Shown here one piece after another: positions 11,265 to 19,928 of a stretch of 64,000 nucleotides of DNA; the stretch's first letter is position 1; each line of letters opens with the position of its first letter. Source of the DNA: Candidatus Levybacteria bacterium RIFCSPHIGHO2_01_FULL_40_16 (GTDB lineage: Bacteria > Patescibacteriota > Microgenomatia > Levybacterales > UBA12049); NCBI GenBank assembly GCA_001783805.1, contig MFNS01000007.1, positions 1,594-65,593 of the forward strand, given 5' to 3'. The position numbers and the translations under genes are program-made. The notes beneath the pieces are model-generated. The model ran no database searches. It was not told the origin of the DNA and saw only the letters and a list, made by a program, of their open reading frames with translations.

Positions 11265-12563
11265 ATGAATGACAAAAAAACCTTCAAGGAACAGATTGAT
11301 CAGCAAGACGCTCTTAGCGCTATCCGGAAAAAACTTGTCGGCAAGGCTCTTAACTATAAAGAAATTTATAGCATAATGGACCAGATCGCCAAAGAAAGAT
11401 TAGGTCAGGTCGTGACGACATATTTTGCGGCGTCCGGTTACGCGCAGGGATTCACAGATCAAGAACTTTATTTCCTCACCAAGGCAATGGTTGAAACAGG
11501 AGAAAAATTGCATTTTAAAGGAATCGTTGCCGATAAACATTCAATCGGAGGAGTTCCCGGAAATCGCACAACACTTATTATCGTCCCTATCATTGCCGCA
11601 GCCGGATTTTTAATTCCCAAAAGTTCTTCCCGGGCAATAACCACCAGCGGTACTGCAGATGATATGGAAATTCTGGCTCCGGTTATCCTGTCAAAAGAAA
11701 GAATCCTGAAAATAGTTAAGAAAATAAAAGCTTGTATTGTTTGGGGAGGAAATTTCAACATCGCTCCTGCAGATGATGTAATTATAAATGTCGAGAAAGA
11801 ATTAATGTTTGAAAGTTTTGATAAAATTATTATTTCTATAATGGCAAAAAAAGTCGCTTTTGGAGCAACACACGTCGTGATAGATTTGCCTTATGGACAC
11901 AGCCTTAAAGTTACGCACCTTAAAGATGCAAAAATTCTTAAGAGTAAATTTGAAAATATAGCAGAAAAGTTCAAGATCAAAATACGGGTGCTAATTCACA
12001 GAACAGATCAGCCTGTCGGACGGGGAATCGGTCCCACTCTTGAAACAAGAGACGCTTTAAGAGTTTTGGAACAGACATTCGACAAGCCCTACGACTTGGA
12101 AGTCAGAAGCATAACCTTAGCAGGAAGTCTTTTGGAGCTCTGTTTAAAAGATTCTCCAAGGCAATTACAGGAATACGTCAAGAATACTTATGGAAATTGC
12201 ACCGGTTGGGCAACAAAGATTTTGCAAGACGGTCTTGCTTTGAAAAAAATGAAAGAAATTATTTTCGAGCAAGGAGGCAATCCCGATACTGAAAGTTCAA
12301 AATTAATTCCGGGTAAATTTATTTACAAAGTGAAAGCAAAGACTGCTTGTGTAATTAAAAATATAGACAGCAAAAATCTAACGCTTTTAATAAAAGCTTT
12401 AGGTGCGCCTCTGCAGAAAAAATCCGGTATTTACCTGGATCACAAAGAAGGAGAAAGAGCAGAAAAAGGTGATGCCATTTGTACACTTTACAGCGAAAAC
12501 GTGTATAATCTTAAACAAGGAAAAAAGACGCTCAAACAATATCCGGTATTTGATTTTAAATGA
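11265..12563 (+). CDS. thymidine phosphorylase / AMP phosphorylase family protein
   Basis: DKHSIGGVPGN (DKHSTGGVGD phosphate-binding motif) and TTSGTADDMEILAP, as in the pyrimidine-nucleoside phosphorylase family. Confidence 0.75.
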   Translation: MNDKKTFKEQIDQQDALSAIRKKLVGKALNYKEIYSIMDQIAKERLGQVVTTYFAASGYAQGFTDQELYFLTKAMVETGEKLHFKGIVADKHSIGGVPGNRTTLIIVPIIAAAGFLIPKSSSRAITTSGTADDMEILAPVILSKERILKIVKKIKACIVWGGNFNIAPADDVIINVEKELMFESFDKIIISIMAKKVAFGATHVVIDLPYGHSLKVTHLKDAKILKSKFENIAEKFKIKIRVLIHRTDQPVGRGIGPTLETRDALRVLEQTFDKPYDLEVRSITLAGSLLELCLKDSPRQLQEYVKNTYGNCTGWATKILQDGLALKKMKEIIFEQGGNPDTESSKLIPGKFIYKVKAKTACVIKNIDSKNLTLLIKALGAPLQKKSGIYLDHKEGERAEKGDAICTLYSENVYNLKQGKKTLKQYPVFDFK

Positions 12564-13516
12564 AGAAATTAATTATTATTGTCTTAGTTCTCGCAACCGT
12601 TTCCCTCGGAGGCTTGTTGTGGTGGATAAACGGAACGTCTCCTGTAAATCCAGCTAACAAGGAGTCTGCTATATTTGTTATTCAAAAAGGATCCGGTTTG
12701 AAGGAAATAGCTCTGAGGCTTGAAGCCGCGGGGCTTATTAGAGATCGTATAATTTTCTTCCTTTACGCAAGATTTGGGAGATTCGAAGGGAAAATTCAAG
12801 CCGGAGATTTCCGCCTAAATCCGTCTATGAGCGTTGAAGAAATTGCCCAAAATTTAACGCATGGAACTTTAGATGTTTGGATAACAATTCCTGAAGGAGA
12901 AAGGGGAACAGAAATCGCAGATACTCTCAAAGAAAAAATACCTACATTTGATCCTTCTTGGACGATTATCCTGACCCAAAATGAAGGCTTTCTTTTTCCG
13001 GATACTTACCTTATTCCCAAAGACGCAAGTATAAATAGTATCATTATACAAATGAAAAATAATTTTGAACAAAAATACCAATCCCTAGATACTTCCAAAA
13101 CCAAACTCAGCAAGAGTGAGATAGTCACATTGGCATCCCTGGTGGAGAGAGAGGCAAAGTTTGCAGAAGATAGGCCGTTGGTCGCAAGCGTGCTCTTGAA
13201 CAGATTTCAAATTGGAATGAAGCTGGACATTGATGCCACAGTCCAATATGCTCTTGGGTACTCAACGGAGGAAAAAACCTGGTGGAGGAAAAATTTAACT
13301 TTTGAAGATTTGAAAATTACCTCTCCTTACAACACTTACAGAAATGCGGGTCTTCCTCCAACTCCAATTGCCAACCCGGGAATTGAGGCCTTGCGTGCGG
13401 TAGTCAATCCAGCGGATACTAATTTTCTGTATTATATTTCCGACAAAACCGGGCATTTGCATTTTGCCAAAACACTCAACGAACAAAGCGCAAATATCAA
13501 AAAATTCGGCCTCTAG
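12560..13516 (+). CDS. mltG: endolytic murein transglycosylase MltG (YceG family)
   Basis: N-terminal TM segment, YceG-like block, conserved GLPPTPIANPG and YYISDKTGHLHFA near the C-terminus. Confidence 0.8.
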   Translation: MKKLIIIVLVLATVSLGGLLWWINGTSPVNPANKESAIFVIQKGSGLKEIALRLEAAGLIRDRIIFFLYARFGRFEGKIQAGDFRLNPSMSVEEIAQNLTHGTLDVWITIPEGERGTEIADTLKEKIPTFDPSWTIILTQNEGFLFPDTYLIPKDASINSIIIQMKNNFEQKYQSLDTSKTKLSKSEIVTLASLVEREAKFAEDRPLVASVLLNRFQIGMKLDIDATVQYALGYSTEEKTWWRKNLTFEDLKITSPYNTYRNAGLPPTPIANPGIEALRAVVNPADTNFLYYISDKTGHLHFAKTLNEQSANIKKFGL

Positions 13517-13528
13517 GTTTCGTGGGGT

Positions 13529-14179
13529 TTAATTAACGTGGCGGGAAATTCCTCTGAAAAATCTCCTGACTTTAGGTTTTTCTTCAACCACTTCCTTTTG
13601 CTCCTCTGGCTTGCTCGCCGACTCGGCTTTCGTAGCCACTCCGGCGAAGGAGGGCTCTTCATCTGTCAGCTCATCAGGCAGAGCTACCGATTTATCTATT
13701 TTGTGAAGAATGCCTGAAACATTTTCTGCTCCTTCTTCCGAAATTGCTCTTAATATCTTTTTACCTTTTTTTGTCCTCAACAAAAATACCACGATGCCTC
13801 CGACAAGAGCGTCCAATAGAAAACCGCTGAAAAAATTATTGTCATGCCATGAGCTTGCTTGCCCTGAGGCAGTCGTTGGGTCATTATCTTTTTCGGTCTT
13901 CTCTATTTTTTTTCCCGAGTCTTTTTCTTTTGAAATAATTTTTTTAAAAAAATTTAATAAAGGCGCTGCTGTTTTAATGCCCGTTGCAATTCCGGACAAT
14001 GAAGATATAGGAGCAGAAACACTTTCCGCTATCACATTCGTATTGTCCAAAACTTTGTTTGCCTTGGAAATTGTCCTGCGGAAATCTCGGAGAATAAAAA
14101 ACACCTGAATTCCCAATGCCAAAAGCAGAATTGTTAGAATAATAATAACTGCAAATAAAGCAATTTGAGGAATATCCAT
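13529..14179 (-). CDS. hypothetical membrane protein (N-terminal TM, then a charged coiled region; DUF948-like)
   Basis: ORF; a hydrophobic N-terminus followed by a low-complexity K/E-rich region. Confidence 0.4.
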   Translation of the reverse strand: MDIPQIALFAVIIILTILLLALGIQVFFILRDFRRTISKANKVLDNTNVIAESVSAPISSLSGIATGIKTAAPLLNFFKKIISKEKDSGKKIEKTEKDNDPTTASGQASSWHDNNFFSGFLLDALVGGIVVFLLRTKKGKKILRAISEEGAENVSGILHKIDKSVALPDELTDEEPSFAGVATKAESASKPEEQKEVVEEKPKVRRFFRGISRHVN

Positions 14180-14236
14180 ATTAATTCACGATATCATTAA
14201 CCATTTTCCCTGTCAACCCCAATAAAATGATATTCT

Positions 14237-14872
14237 CTATATCTTAACCTCTATGTATCTTTCCAAAATTGTTGTCCGCTTAAAATTGTTCACTGATTTT
14301 ATGGTGATTTTTGCACGTCCAGGAAAGACATTGATAGTTTTTTTAAAATTTCCATCTTTATCCAGACTTGCCGGTTCGGAGTTTATGAAAACAGTTGCGT
14401 TAGGATCAGTTTTGCCAATTACCGTGACTACTTGTGACGAGACTATAGAATTCTCCGCAGGGGCTGAAACTCTAAGCGAGGGGTTAAAAATAGCAGACCG
14501 GTACTGAAAAATTATGTAAACCAAAAGTACAATGAATATCAGGAGAAGGACTTTCAGGGTTTGCGTAATTTTAAATTTCGATAGCGAGAAATCGCTATCC
14601 TTAGTTAATCCTTCTGGAAGTACTTTTACAAATTTGTCTTCTGCATATTCCCTTTTGAAAAGAGCCAGAATTTCATGCTCCGGTAAGCCCAGGAATCTGG
14701 CATAATTCCTGACAAACCCATGAGCGTAAGTGCCTTGGGGCAATTTTTTATAATCTCCCTTTTCTATTGCTTGCAGAAAAGAAGCTCTGATTTTTGTTGC
14801 TTTAGCAACTTCATCAAGAGTTAAGCCTCTTTTGATACGTTCTTCGTAAAGCTTCTCGCCTACATGAATCAT
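14237..14872 (-). CDS. rodZ: RodZ-like protein (HTH_XRE domain + TM + C-terminal domain)
   Basis: N-terminal helix-turn-helix RGLTLDEVAKATKIRASFLQAIEKGDY, then a single TM segment and a C-terminal beta domain. Confidence 0.6.
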   Translation of the reverse strand: MIHVGEKLYEERIKRGLTLDEVAKATKIRASFLQAIEKGDYKKLPQGTYAHGFVRNYARFLGLPEHEILALFKREYAEDKFVKVLPEGLTKDSDFSLSKFKITQTLKVLLLIFIVLLVYIIFQYRSAIFNPSLRVSAPAENSIVSSQVVTVIGKTDPNATVFINSEPASLDKDGNFKKTINVFPGRAKITIKSVNNFKRTTILERYIEVKI

Positions 14873-14909
14873 ATAAAATTAAAAATTAAAAATTGAAAAT
14901 TAATAATTG

Positions 14910-17078
14910 TTACTGTTGGTGCAGAGCATTGATGATTTCATCAGCATTTTTCATCAATACATCTCTCGGCTTTGACCCCTCTGCGTGGCTCACAACTCCT
15001 GCAGCTTCCAGCTGGTCCAAAATTCTGGCCGCTCTTGAATATCCGATCGAAAGCCGTCTTTGCAAAAGCGATGCCGAAGCCCGGTCATACTGGCAAACAC
15101 TTCTGATTGCCTCTTCAAAAAGCGCATCTTTCCCATCGCTCCCGATAGATGCACCCCCCTTCTTAAGAACAAGAGGGTTAGAAAAAACTTCTTCCGTATA
15201 TTCAACCGGCGGATTTTTAGCTTTAAGGAACTCGACTAGTTTTCTTACTTCCTTGTCCGAAACAAATGCTCCCTGAATACGGGTGGGTTTAGCTTGGTCA
15301 GGCGGAATGTACAACATGTCTCCCCGCCCAAGCAGTTTTTCCGCTCCGGGGGTATCGAGAATTACCCGGGAATCAATCATGGAAGAAACATTGAAAGCAA
15401 TCCGGCAGGGAATATTTGCTTTAATTAATCCGGTTATAACGTCAACCGATGGTCTTTGTGTGGATACTACCAGATGAATTCCGGTTGCTCTGGCCATTTG
15501 AGCAAGACGGGCAACTGCATCTTCAACATCCACAGGCGCAAAAGCCATCAGATCGGCCAGCTCATCGATTAGAATTATAATGTAGGGAAGAGCTTGAAAA
15601 CCGGCTAGTTCATTGCAGGCATCGATATTTCTGACTCCCCTTTCCGCGAAAGTCTTGTATCTTCTGTCCATTTCATCCATTGCCCACCTCAAAGATTTCA
15701 AAATTTTTTCAACTTCCACAATTACCGGAGTCATCAAATGCGGTATGCCGTTATAACCGGTCAATTCTACTCTTTTCGGATCAATGAGAATTAGCCTGAC
15801 CTCTGCCGGAGAAGCTCTAAAAAGAAGGGAAGAAATAAAAGAATTAATGAGGACCGATTTTCCCGAACCGGTTGTTCCGGCAATTAAAACATGCGGCATC
15901 TTCGCAATATTGGCAACCACCGGATTACCCGAAACGTCCAGTCCTAATGAAACAGTCAGTTTGGATTTGCTTTTGTTCATCACCGAAGATTCAAGCATGG
16001 TTTTCAAAGTTACAATTTCCAAACTTCGATTGGGAATTTCTATTCCGACCAGATTTCTGCCCGGAATCGGCGCTTCAATTCTGATTTGACCGGTTGGAGC
16101 CTCGGTTCTTAAAGCCAAGTCATTGGCCAAGGCGGTAATTTTGGATAATTTTGTGCCTAAGCCCACCTCCAAAGCATATTGGGTCACTGCCGGGCCTAGA
16201 TTTACCTCAACCACCTTTGCCGTAATTGAAAAACTCTGCAAAGTCTCTTCTATTTTTGCCGCAATATCTTTGATGTTTCCCCGGTCAGCCTTTTGTGAGG
16301 TTGTCTCGGATAATAGGGAGAAAGGGGGATATTCCCAAAGGCCGGCTTTGGTCAGAGGGTTGCTGACTAGCTGATCCCCGAGAAGTGAAAATTCTTTTTT
16401 AATTGAAGATGCATTAATAATTGGAGCAGCGGTTGATAAATTTGGCAGCATCTTTGATCCGCCTTTGATCCGCATCGGATTTTCTTTAAATCCCGATTGG
16501 CGCTTGTTCTTAAAAAACCCGATGAGCCCGCTTGGAAAAAGCCGATGCAGATTTCGGAAGATGCGTTGTATAAAGGCAAAAACCTGATCCACAGAGGTGT
16601 TGAAAAAGACAATCAAACCGACCAAAACCCCTACGAAATAAATTAGATTTGCGCCAATCTCCGTCAGGGGATTCGCAATCATCCGAAAAAGTTCTCTTCC
16701 GGCTATTCCGCTACCTGTCAAAGCGGAAAGAGATATGAAGAAAAGTAAATACCCCAAGGAAACATTGAGTCCGGATAAAAATAATCTTAATTTTAAGAAC
16801 AAAAATCCAAAAAATATTAAAACGAAAGGAAAAAGGATAGCTATGCTGCCGAAATACTGCTTCAAAAGCTCACTGATGAAAATAAAAGATGTGCTGTTTT
16901 TGGTGAAAAAAGACAGAAGAAGAATTATACCTAGAACTATGAACCCAAACGCAAAAAGAGAATAAACAGTGCCCTTTTTTAGCTTTAATCTTAACTTACT
17001 TTTATGATAATGCTTTCTCCTGGCCATATGAACTATTATATACCCCTTCGTTTTCAAAATAAAAGGGGTAATGCCCAA
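14910..17078 (-). CDS. ftsK: DNA translocase FtsK/SpoIIIE
   Basis: N-terminal polytopic membrane domain; motor domain with Walker A AGTTGSGKSV and the LILIDPKRVEL block; C-terminal gamma domain. Confidence 0.9.
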   Translation of the reverse strand: MGITPFILKTKGYIIVHMARRKHYHKSKLRLKLKKGTVYSLFAFGFIVLGIILLLSFFTKNSTSFIFISELLKQYFGSIAILFPFVLIFFGFLFLKLRLFLSGLNVSLGYLLFFISLSALTGSGIAGRELFRMIANPLTEIGANLIYFVGVLVGLIVFFNTSVDQVFAFIQRIFRNLHRLFPSGLIGFFKNKRQSGFKENPMRIKGGSKMLPNLSTAAPIINASSIKKEFSLLGDQLVSNPLTKAGLWEYPPFSLLSETTSQKADRGNIKDIAAKIEETLQSFSITAKVVEVNLGPAVTQYALEVGLGTKLSKITALANDLALRTEAPTGQIRIEAPIPGRNLVGIEIPNRSLEIVTLKTMLESSVMNKSKSKLTVSLGLDVSGNPVVANIAKMPHVLIAGTTGSGKSVLINSFISSLLFRASPAEVRLILIDPKRVELTGYNGIPHLMTPVIVEVEKILKSLRWAMDEMDRRYKTFAERGVRNIDACNELAGFQALPYIIILIDELADLMAFAPVDVEDAVARLAQMARATGIHLVVSTQRPSVDVITGLIKANIPCRIAFNVSSMIDSRVILDTPGAEKLLGRGDMLYIPPDQAKPTRIQGAFVSDKEVRKLVEFLKAKNPPVEYTEEVFSNPLVLKKGGASIGSDGKDALFEEAIRSVCQYDRASASLLQRRLSIGYSRAARILDQLEAAGVVSHAEGSKPRDVLMKNADEIINALHQQ

Positions 17079-17151
17079 CGAAGCCCCGCTCAGCGGGGCG
17101 GAGTGGCATATACCAAAAACCCAGACTACGAGTTAAACTTTAATCGTATCT

Positions 17152-17170
17152 GGGGGGGGCGCAGATCCCC
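17152..17170 (+). repeat. GC-rich boundary motif, copy A (ggggggggcgcagatcccc), directly upstream of TGaTATAAT
   Basis: A G-run/CGCAGATCC/C-run in otherwise AT-rich DNA. 16 nt downstream is TGATATAAT (17184-17192), then 6 nt, then the GTG start at 17199. Confidence 0.7.
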
Positions 17171-17198
17171 ACAAGTTTTCTTGTGATATAATTTATCT

Positions 17199-17627
17199 GT
17201 GGATAAATTCATTGGGATATTAATCGTATCAACCTCAACTATTCTCTATGCGTTTCTCTATCCATTATTGAAAAAAGCTAATCAGCAGTTACCGCCTTTT
17301 ACTACAATGGCCATCTCTATGTTTATACTTTTCCTTCTGGCAGCTTTCTCCAGTATCTTCTTGGAGAATGGATTACAAATTAAAACTAATATTATCAAGA
17401 ATAATCTTCAGATTTTACTTACAGTAGGGGCGATAAATTTTATTGCCTTTTGGCTAGCAATACTTGGTTTCAAGTATATGGCTGTTTGGCAACAGGATAT
17501 GTTTGCGCTGATTACTCCAGTAGTTGCGGGTATATTTGCCTATTTTCTTTTGGGAGAAAAAATGAATCCTAATTTATTTACTGGTTTGATTATCATGGGA
17601 GCAGGTCTCTACATCGCTCTAAGATAA
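17199..17627 (+). CDS. EamA/DMT-family half-transporter (4 TM), GTG start, leaderless
   Basis: 142-aa polytopic ORF with EamA-like hydrophobic repeats; TATAAT lies 6 nt upstream of the start. Confidence 0.55.
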   Translation: MDKFIGILIVSTSTILYAFLYPLLKKANQQLPPFTTMAISMFILFLLAAFSSIFLENGLQIKTNIIKNNLQILLTVGAINFIAFWLAILGFKYMAVWQQDMFALITPVVAGIFAYFLLGEKMNPNLFTGLIIMGAGLYIALR

Positions 17628-17653
17628 TAGCTCCTCAGGAAACGAGTAGACAT

Positions 17654-17671
17654 GGGGGGGCGCAAATCCCC
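17654..17671 (+). repeat. GC-rich boundary motif, copy B (gggggggcgcaaatcccc)
   Basis: Same motif as A; followed by TGATATAAT (17681-17689) and the ATG at 17696. Confidence 0.7.
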
Positions 17672-17695
17672 ACAGACTTTTGATATAATTACCTT

Positions 17696-18238
17696 ATGGC
17701 TAGTGAAATCCATCCAAATAAAGAGTTTAATAAGAACCCTATTGAAATTGCATCTTCTGACGGAGAAATTGTTCTTAGGCAATTTACGCTCCGGGATTCG
17801 GAAGAAATTTTTTCCTTAATCGATAGAAACCGAGAACATTTGTCTCAATTTGGAGATGATACAGCAGATAAATATCCAACCCTACAGTCAGTACGGAAAA
17901 GTATAGAACATCCTAAGAATCCGGAAAGATTACGATTTGCAATCCGGAACAAACAAGGTCAATTTGTAGGAAGCATAAATCTGACACCATATGAGACAGA
18001 TTCAACGCAAGGAGAAATTGGATATTATTTGGGCGCTGAATTTCAAGGAAAAAGATATATGGGAAAAGCAGTTGAGATAATAACAAATTATGGATTTGAT
18101 TTTCTAAATTATAAAACTATTTATGGGGACATTGTCGAAGGAAATACTGCTTCCGTAAACGTTCTTCTTAAAGCCGGCTATCAGGAGACCGGAAAGCACG
18201 GTGAGAAAATCCGCTACTCAAAACAAAGAGGAATGTGA
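17696..18238 (+). CDS. GNAT family N-acetyltransferase (RimJ/RimL-like)
   Basis: IGYYLGAEFQGKRYMGKAVEIITNYGF acetyl-CoA binding block. Confidence 0.75.
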   Translation: MASEIHPNKEFNKNPIEIASSDGEIVLRQFTLRDSEEIFSLIDRNREHLSQFGDDTADKYPTLQSVRKSIEHPKNPERLRFAIRNKQGQFVGSINLTPYETDSTQGEIGYYLGAEFQGKRYMGKAVEIITNYGFDFLNYKTIYGDIVEGNTASVNVLLKAGYQETGKHGEKIRYSKQRGM

Positions 18239-18244
18239 ATCGGA

Positions 18245-18470
18245 GTGAGCGTTGAAACAAGCGCGTTAAAAAATTATTGAATGAGTTGTCAGGGGAATTC
18301 CTCAGCGAGCGAAAGCGAGATTGAGGAAGGGGTGAAATTACCCGACTAACGAATGAAACAATTTTAGCGCGACTTTCACAGCTCAAGAGTTTTTGGTACC
18401 TTTGTCGGCACAAAAGTACATAAAAAAATAAAAATGAGATTCTGAAACTAGTTCAGAATGACAATTTGGA
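18245..18470 (+). ncRNA. structured intergenic repeat / candidate ncRNA, copy 1 (~225 nt)
   Basis: Shares >85% identity with 41862-42085 and a diverged copy at 33510-33695. Helices (cgcg+aaaatt / aatttt+cgcg closing stem; cctca/tgagg; gtac(c)tttg-tcgg-caaaagtac; attctgaa-actag-ttcagaat) show compensatory changes between copies. Confidence 0.55.
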
Positions 18471-18474
18471 AAAA

Positions 18475-18498
18475 GGGGGGTGGCGCCGCCGATCCCCC
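18475..18498 (+). repeat. GC-rich boundary motif, copy C (ggggggtggcgccgccgatccccc)
   Basis: Fused to the 3' end of ncRNA-like copy 1; followed by TATAAT (18542-18547) and the ATG at 18554. Confidence 0.7.
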
Positions 18499-18553
18499 AA
18501 CAAGGCAACCTGATATATTTTGATATACTCCTCCTTTTTGCTATAATTCCACA

Positions 18554-19597
18554 ATGATGAATCCCGAAAACAGAAGTCGCCTTAATCAAATTCCAGCAAG
18601 CGAATCGCTTAGGAGTTGCGAACGACTTAAACCCGGTTATAAATTACTTTTGGCAGGACCAGGATTTCTGGGAGGGTTTGCATTTAAGGAAGTGGGAAGA
18701 ATAAATGAAATTCTTAAGTCAGTAGGAGATTTCGATGAAGCACTAGCGAGAACTTTATTGTATGAATATTTTTCAATTCACAGTCTTTTTTCACGAATGG
18801 TAGGTAAAGAAAATATAGTAGTGATAAAGACTTCAACGATAGAAGTAAAATCTTCTACCAACAACATGATCGCTGCCTTAAAACGAGTGCAATTCCCCGA
18901 TAATTCTGAATTTAAACAAATAGACGCGGATTTCTTAAGTCAAGGCTATCTCAATTGGCCAAGAGACGCATATACACTATTGGACGATAAATTAATGGTG
19001 GATAGTACTGCTTTAAAAATTAATGGTGACAATATTATTAAATCTAGTTTGGGTGAAGGAGGACAAGTTCTTGTTAGGAAAAAAGCTATTCTCGTTACTC
19101 CAGGTATCTGGAAATATAATAAGACTGAAATTAATAGTTTGCAAGGGCAGGGTTACCGAGTTGGATATTTGCCATTTGTAGATGAAACAAAGCAGAAATA
19201 CGATTTTATGGAAACACATATTGACGGCCATTCGACGCTAATAGAGGACCGTGAGGGAAAATTAAATTTAATCGTTGCAGATTCTTACTCCAGGCAAGGA
19301 AATAATACGAGAAAATTTATTAGAAGAGCTGCAGAAACAATTGGGGCTGAAATGATTGAGGTTGATGATAGAAATCTACCGCCCTTAGCTTTTAATGTAC
19401 TTCAATTCGAAGATAATTCGATAGCCATGACAAACTCTAAAGCCAAAGATCTTGAGTTAACCATATATGACTTAGTTGGCAATGACAAAGTCTTCACTAC
19501 GGAGGTTCCATTAATTAATGTACCAAAACTTACTTTAGGAGGAATCCGTTGCCTAACTAATACAATTCCGAATTGGGTTTTGAATAAATATAATTAA
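18554..19597 (+). CDS. hypothetical protein with a guanidino-modifying-enzyme (agmatine/arginine deiminase / amidinotransferase) -like C-terminal Cys motif
   Basis: C-terminal GGIRCLTNTIP resembles the catalytic-cysteine motif GG(I/V)HC(I/L)T of the GME superfamily. The rest is unassigned. Confidence 0.45.
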   Translation: MMNPENRSRLNQIPASESLRSCERLKPGYKLLLAGPGFLGGFAFKEVGRINEILKSVGDFDEALARTLLYEYFSIHSLFSRMVGKENIVVIKTSTIEVKSSTNNMIAALKRVQFPDNSEFKQIDADFLSQGYLNWPRDAYTLLDDKLMVDSTALKINGDNIIKSSLGEGGQVLVRKKAILVTPGIWKYNKTEINSLQGQGYRVGYLPFVDETKQKYDFMETHIDGHSTLIEDREGKLNLIVADSYSRQGNNTRKFIRRAAETIGAEMIEVDDRNLPPLAFNVLQFEDNSIAMTNSKAKDLELTIYDLVGNDKVFTTEVPLINVPKLTLGGIRCLTNTIPNWVLNKYN

Positions 19598-19605
19598 TTT
19601 AGGCT

Positions 19606-19627
19606 GGATGGGGCGCCGCCGCAGACC
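19606..19627 (+). repeat. GC-rich boundary motif, copy D (ggatggggcgccgccgcagacc), between convergent gene ends
   Basis: Same G-run/CGCCGCC/GCAGA(T)CC composition. Confidence 0.6.
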
Positions 19628-19646
19628 AGAATTTTACAGGGCTTAA

Positions 19647-19928
19647 TCAATATCTTCTGTATTTATCGTGTTTTCCGATATCCAGGAATAAAGCTGTGCC
19701 CTTGTCTATCCAGGAAAAGAAAATTCGGTTGCCCCTATTAATTCTAATTGTCCAAATACTGTTGCCTTTAAGTTTTTCTAAATTTAAACTTGGATGATTG
19801 GGATTTTTAACAAATAGGGTTATCGCTTTAACTGTTTTAGTAAAAAGTTCAAAATTATTGTTTAAGAATTTCTTTCGGGAAGTTAAATACCTTGAAGAAT
19901 ATGTGATCTTTATGCATGCATTAAGCAT
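19647..19928 (-). CDS. type II toxin, RelE/ParE superfamily (YoeB-like)
   Basis: 93 aa; LKGNSIWTIRINRGNRIFFSWIDKGTALFLDIGKHDKY matches the RelE/YoeB C-terminal pattern. It overlaps the upstream Phd/YefM antitoxin by 8 bp. Confidence 0.75.
   Translation of the reverse strand: MLNACIKITYSSRYLTSRKKFLNNNFELFTKTVKAITLFVKNPNHPSLNLEKLKGNSIWTIRINRGNRIFFSWIDKGTALFLDIGKHDKYRRY

Noticed and set aside
11265-12563. AMP phosphorylase of the CPR RuBisCO nucleoside-salvage pathway
   Set aside because: The family assignment (thymidine/AMP phosphorylase) is solid, but the length (432 aa) fits ordinary thymidine phosphorylase, and no RuBisCO or R15P isomerase is in the window. The specific pathway claim is unsupported.
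13710-14108. 132-aa + strand ORF antisense to the DUF948-like gene, and similar antisense ORFs within ftsK, pnp, groEL and dnaK
   Set aside because: They are antisense overlaps with better-supported genes and lack any recognisable motif.
17004-17186. 60-aa ORF upstream of ftsK containing GC hairpins
   Set aside because: It overlaps the ftsK promoter region and a repeat copy, with no coding signature. It is treated as non-coding.
18168-18413. Minus-strand ORFs of 81 and 60 aa (18168..18413 and 41842..42024) with similar peptide sequences, plus a + ORF at 33507..33689
   Set aside because: They lie entirely inside the three-copy structured repeat. Sequence changes between copies preserve base-pairing rather than codons, and copy 3 has no equivalent minus-strand ORF. 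They are best explained as by-products of a conserved RNA/DNA element.
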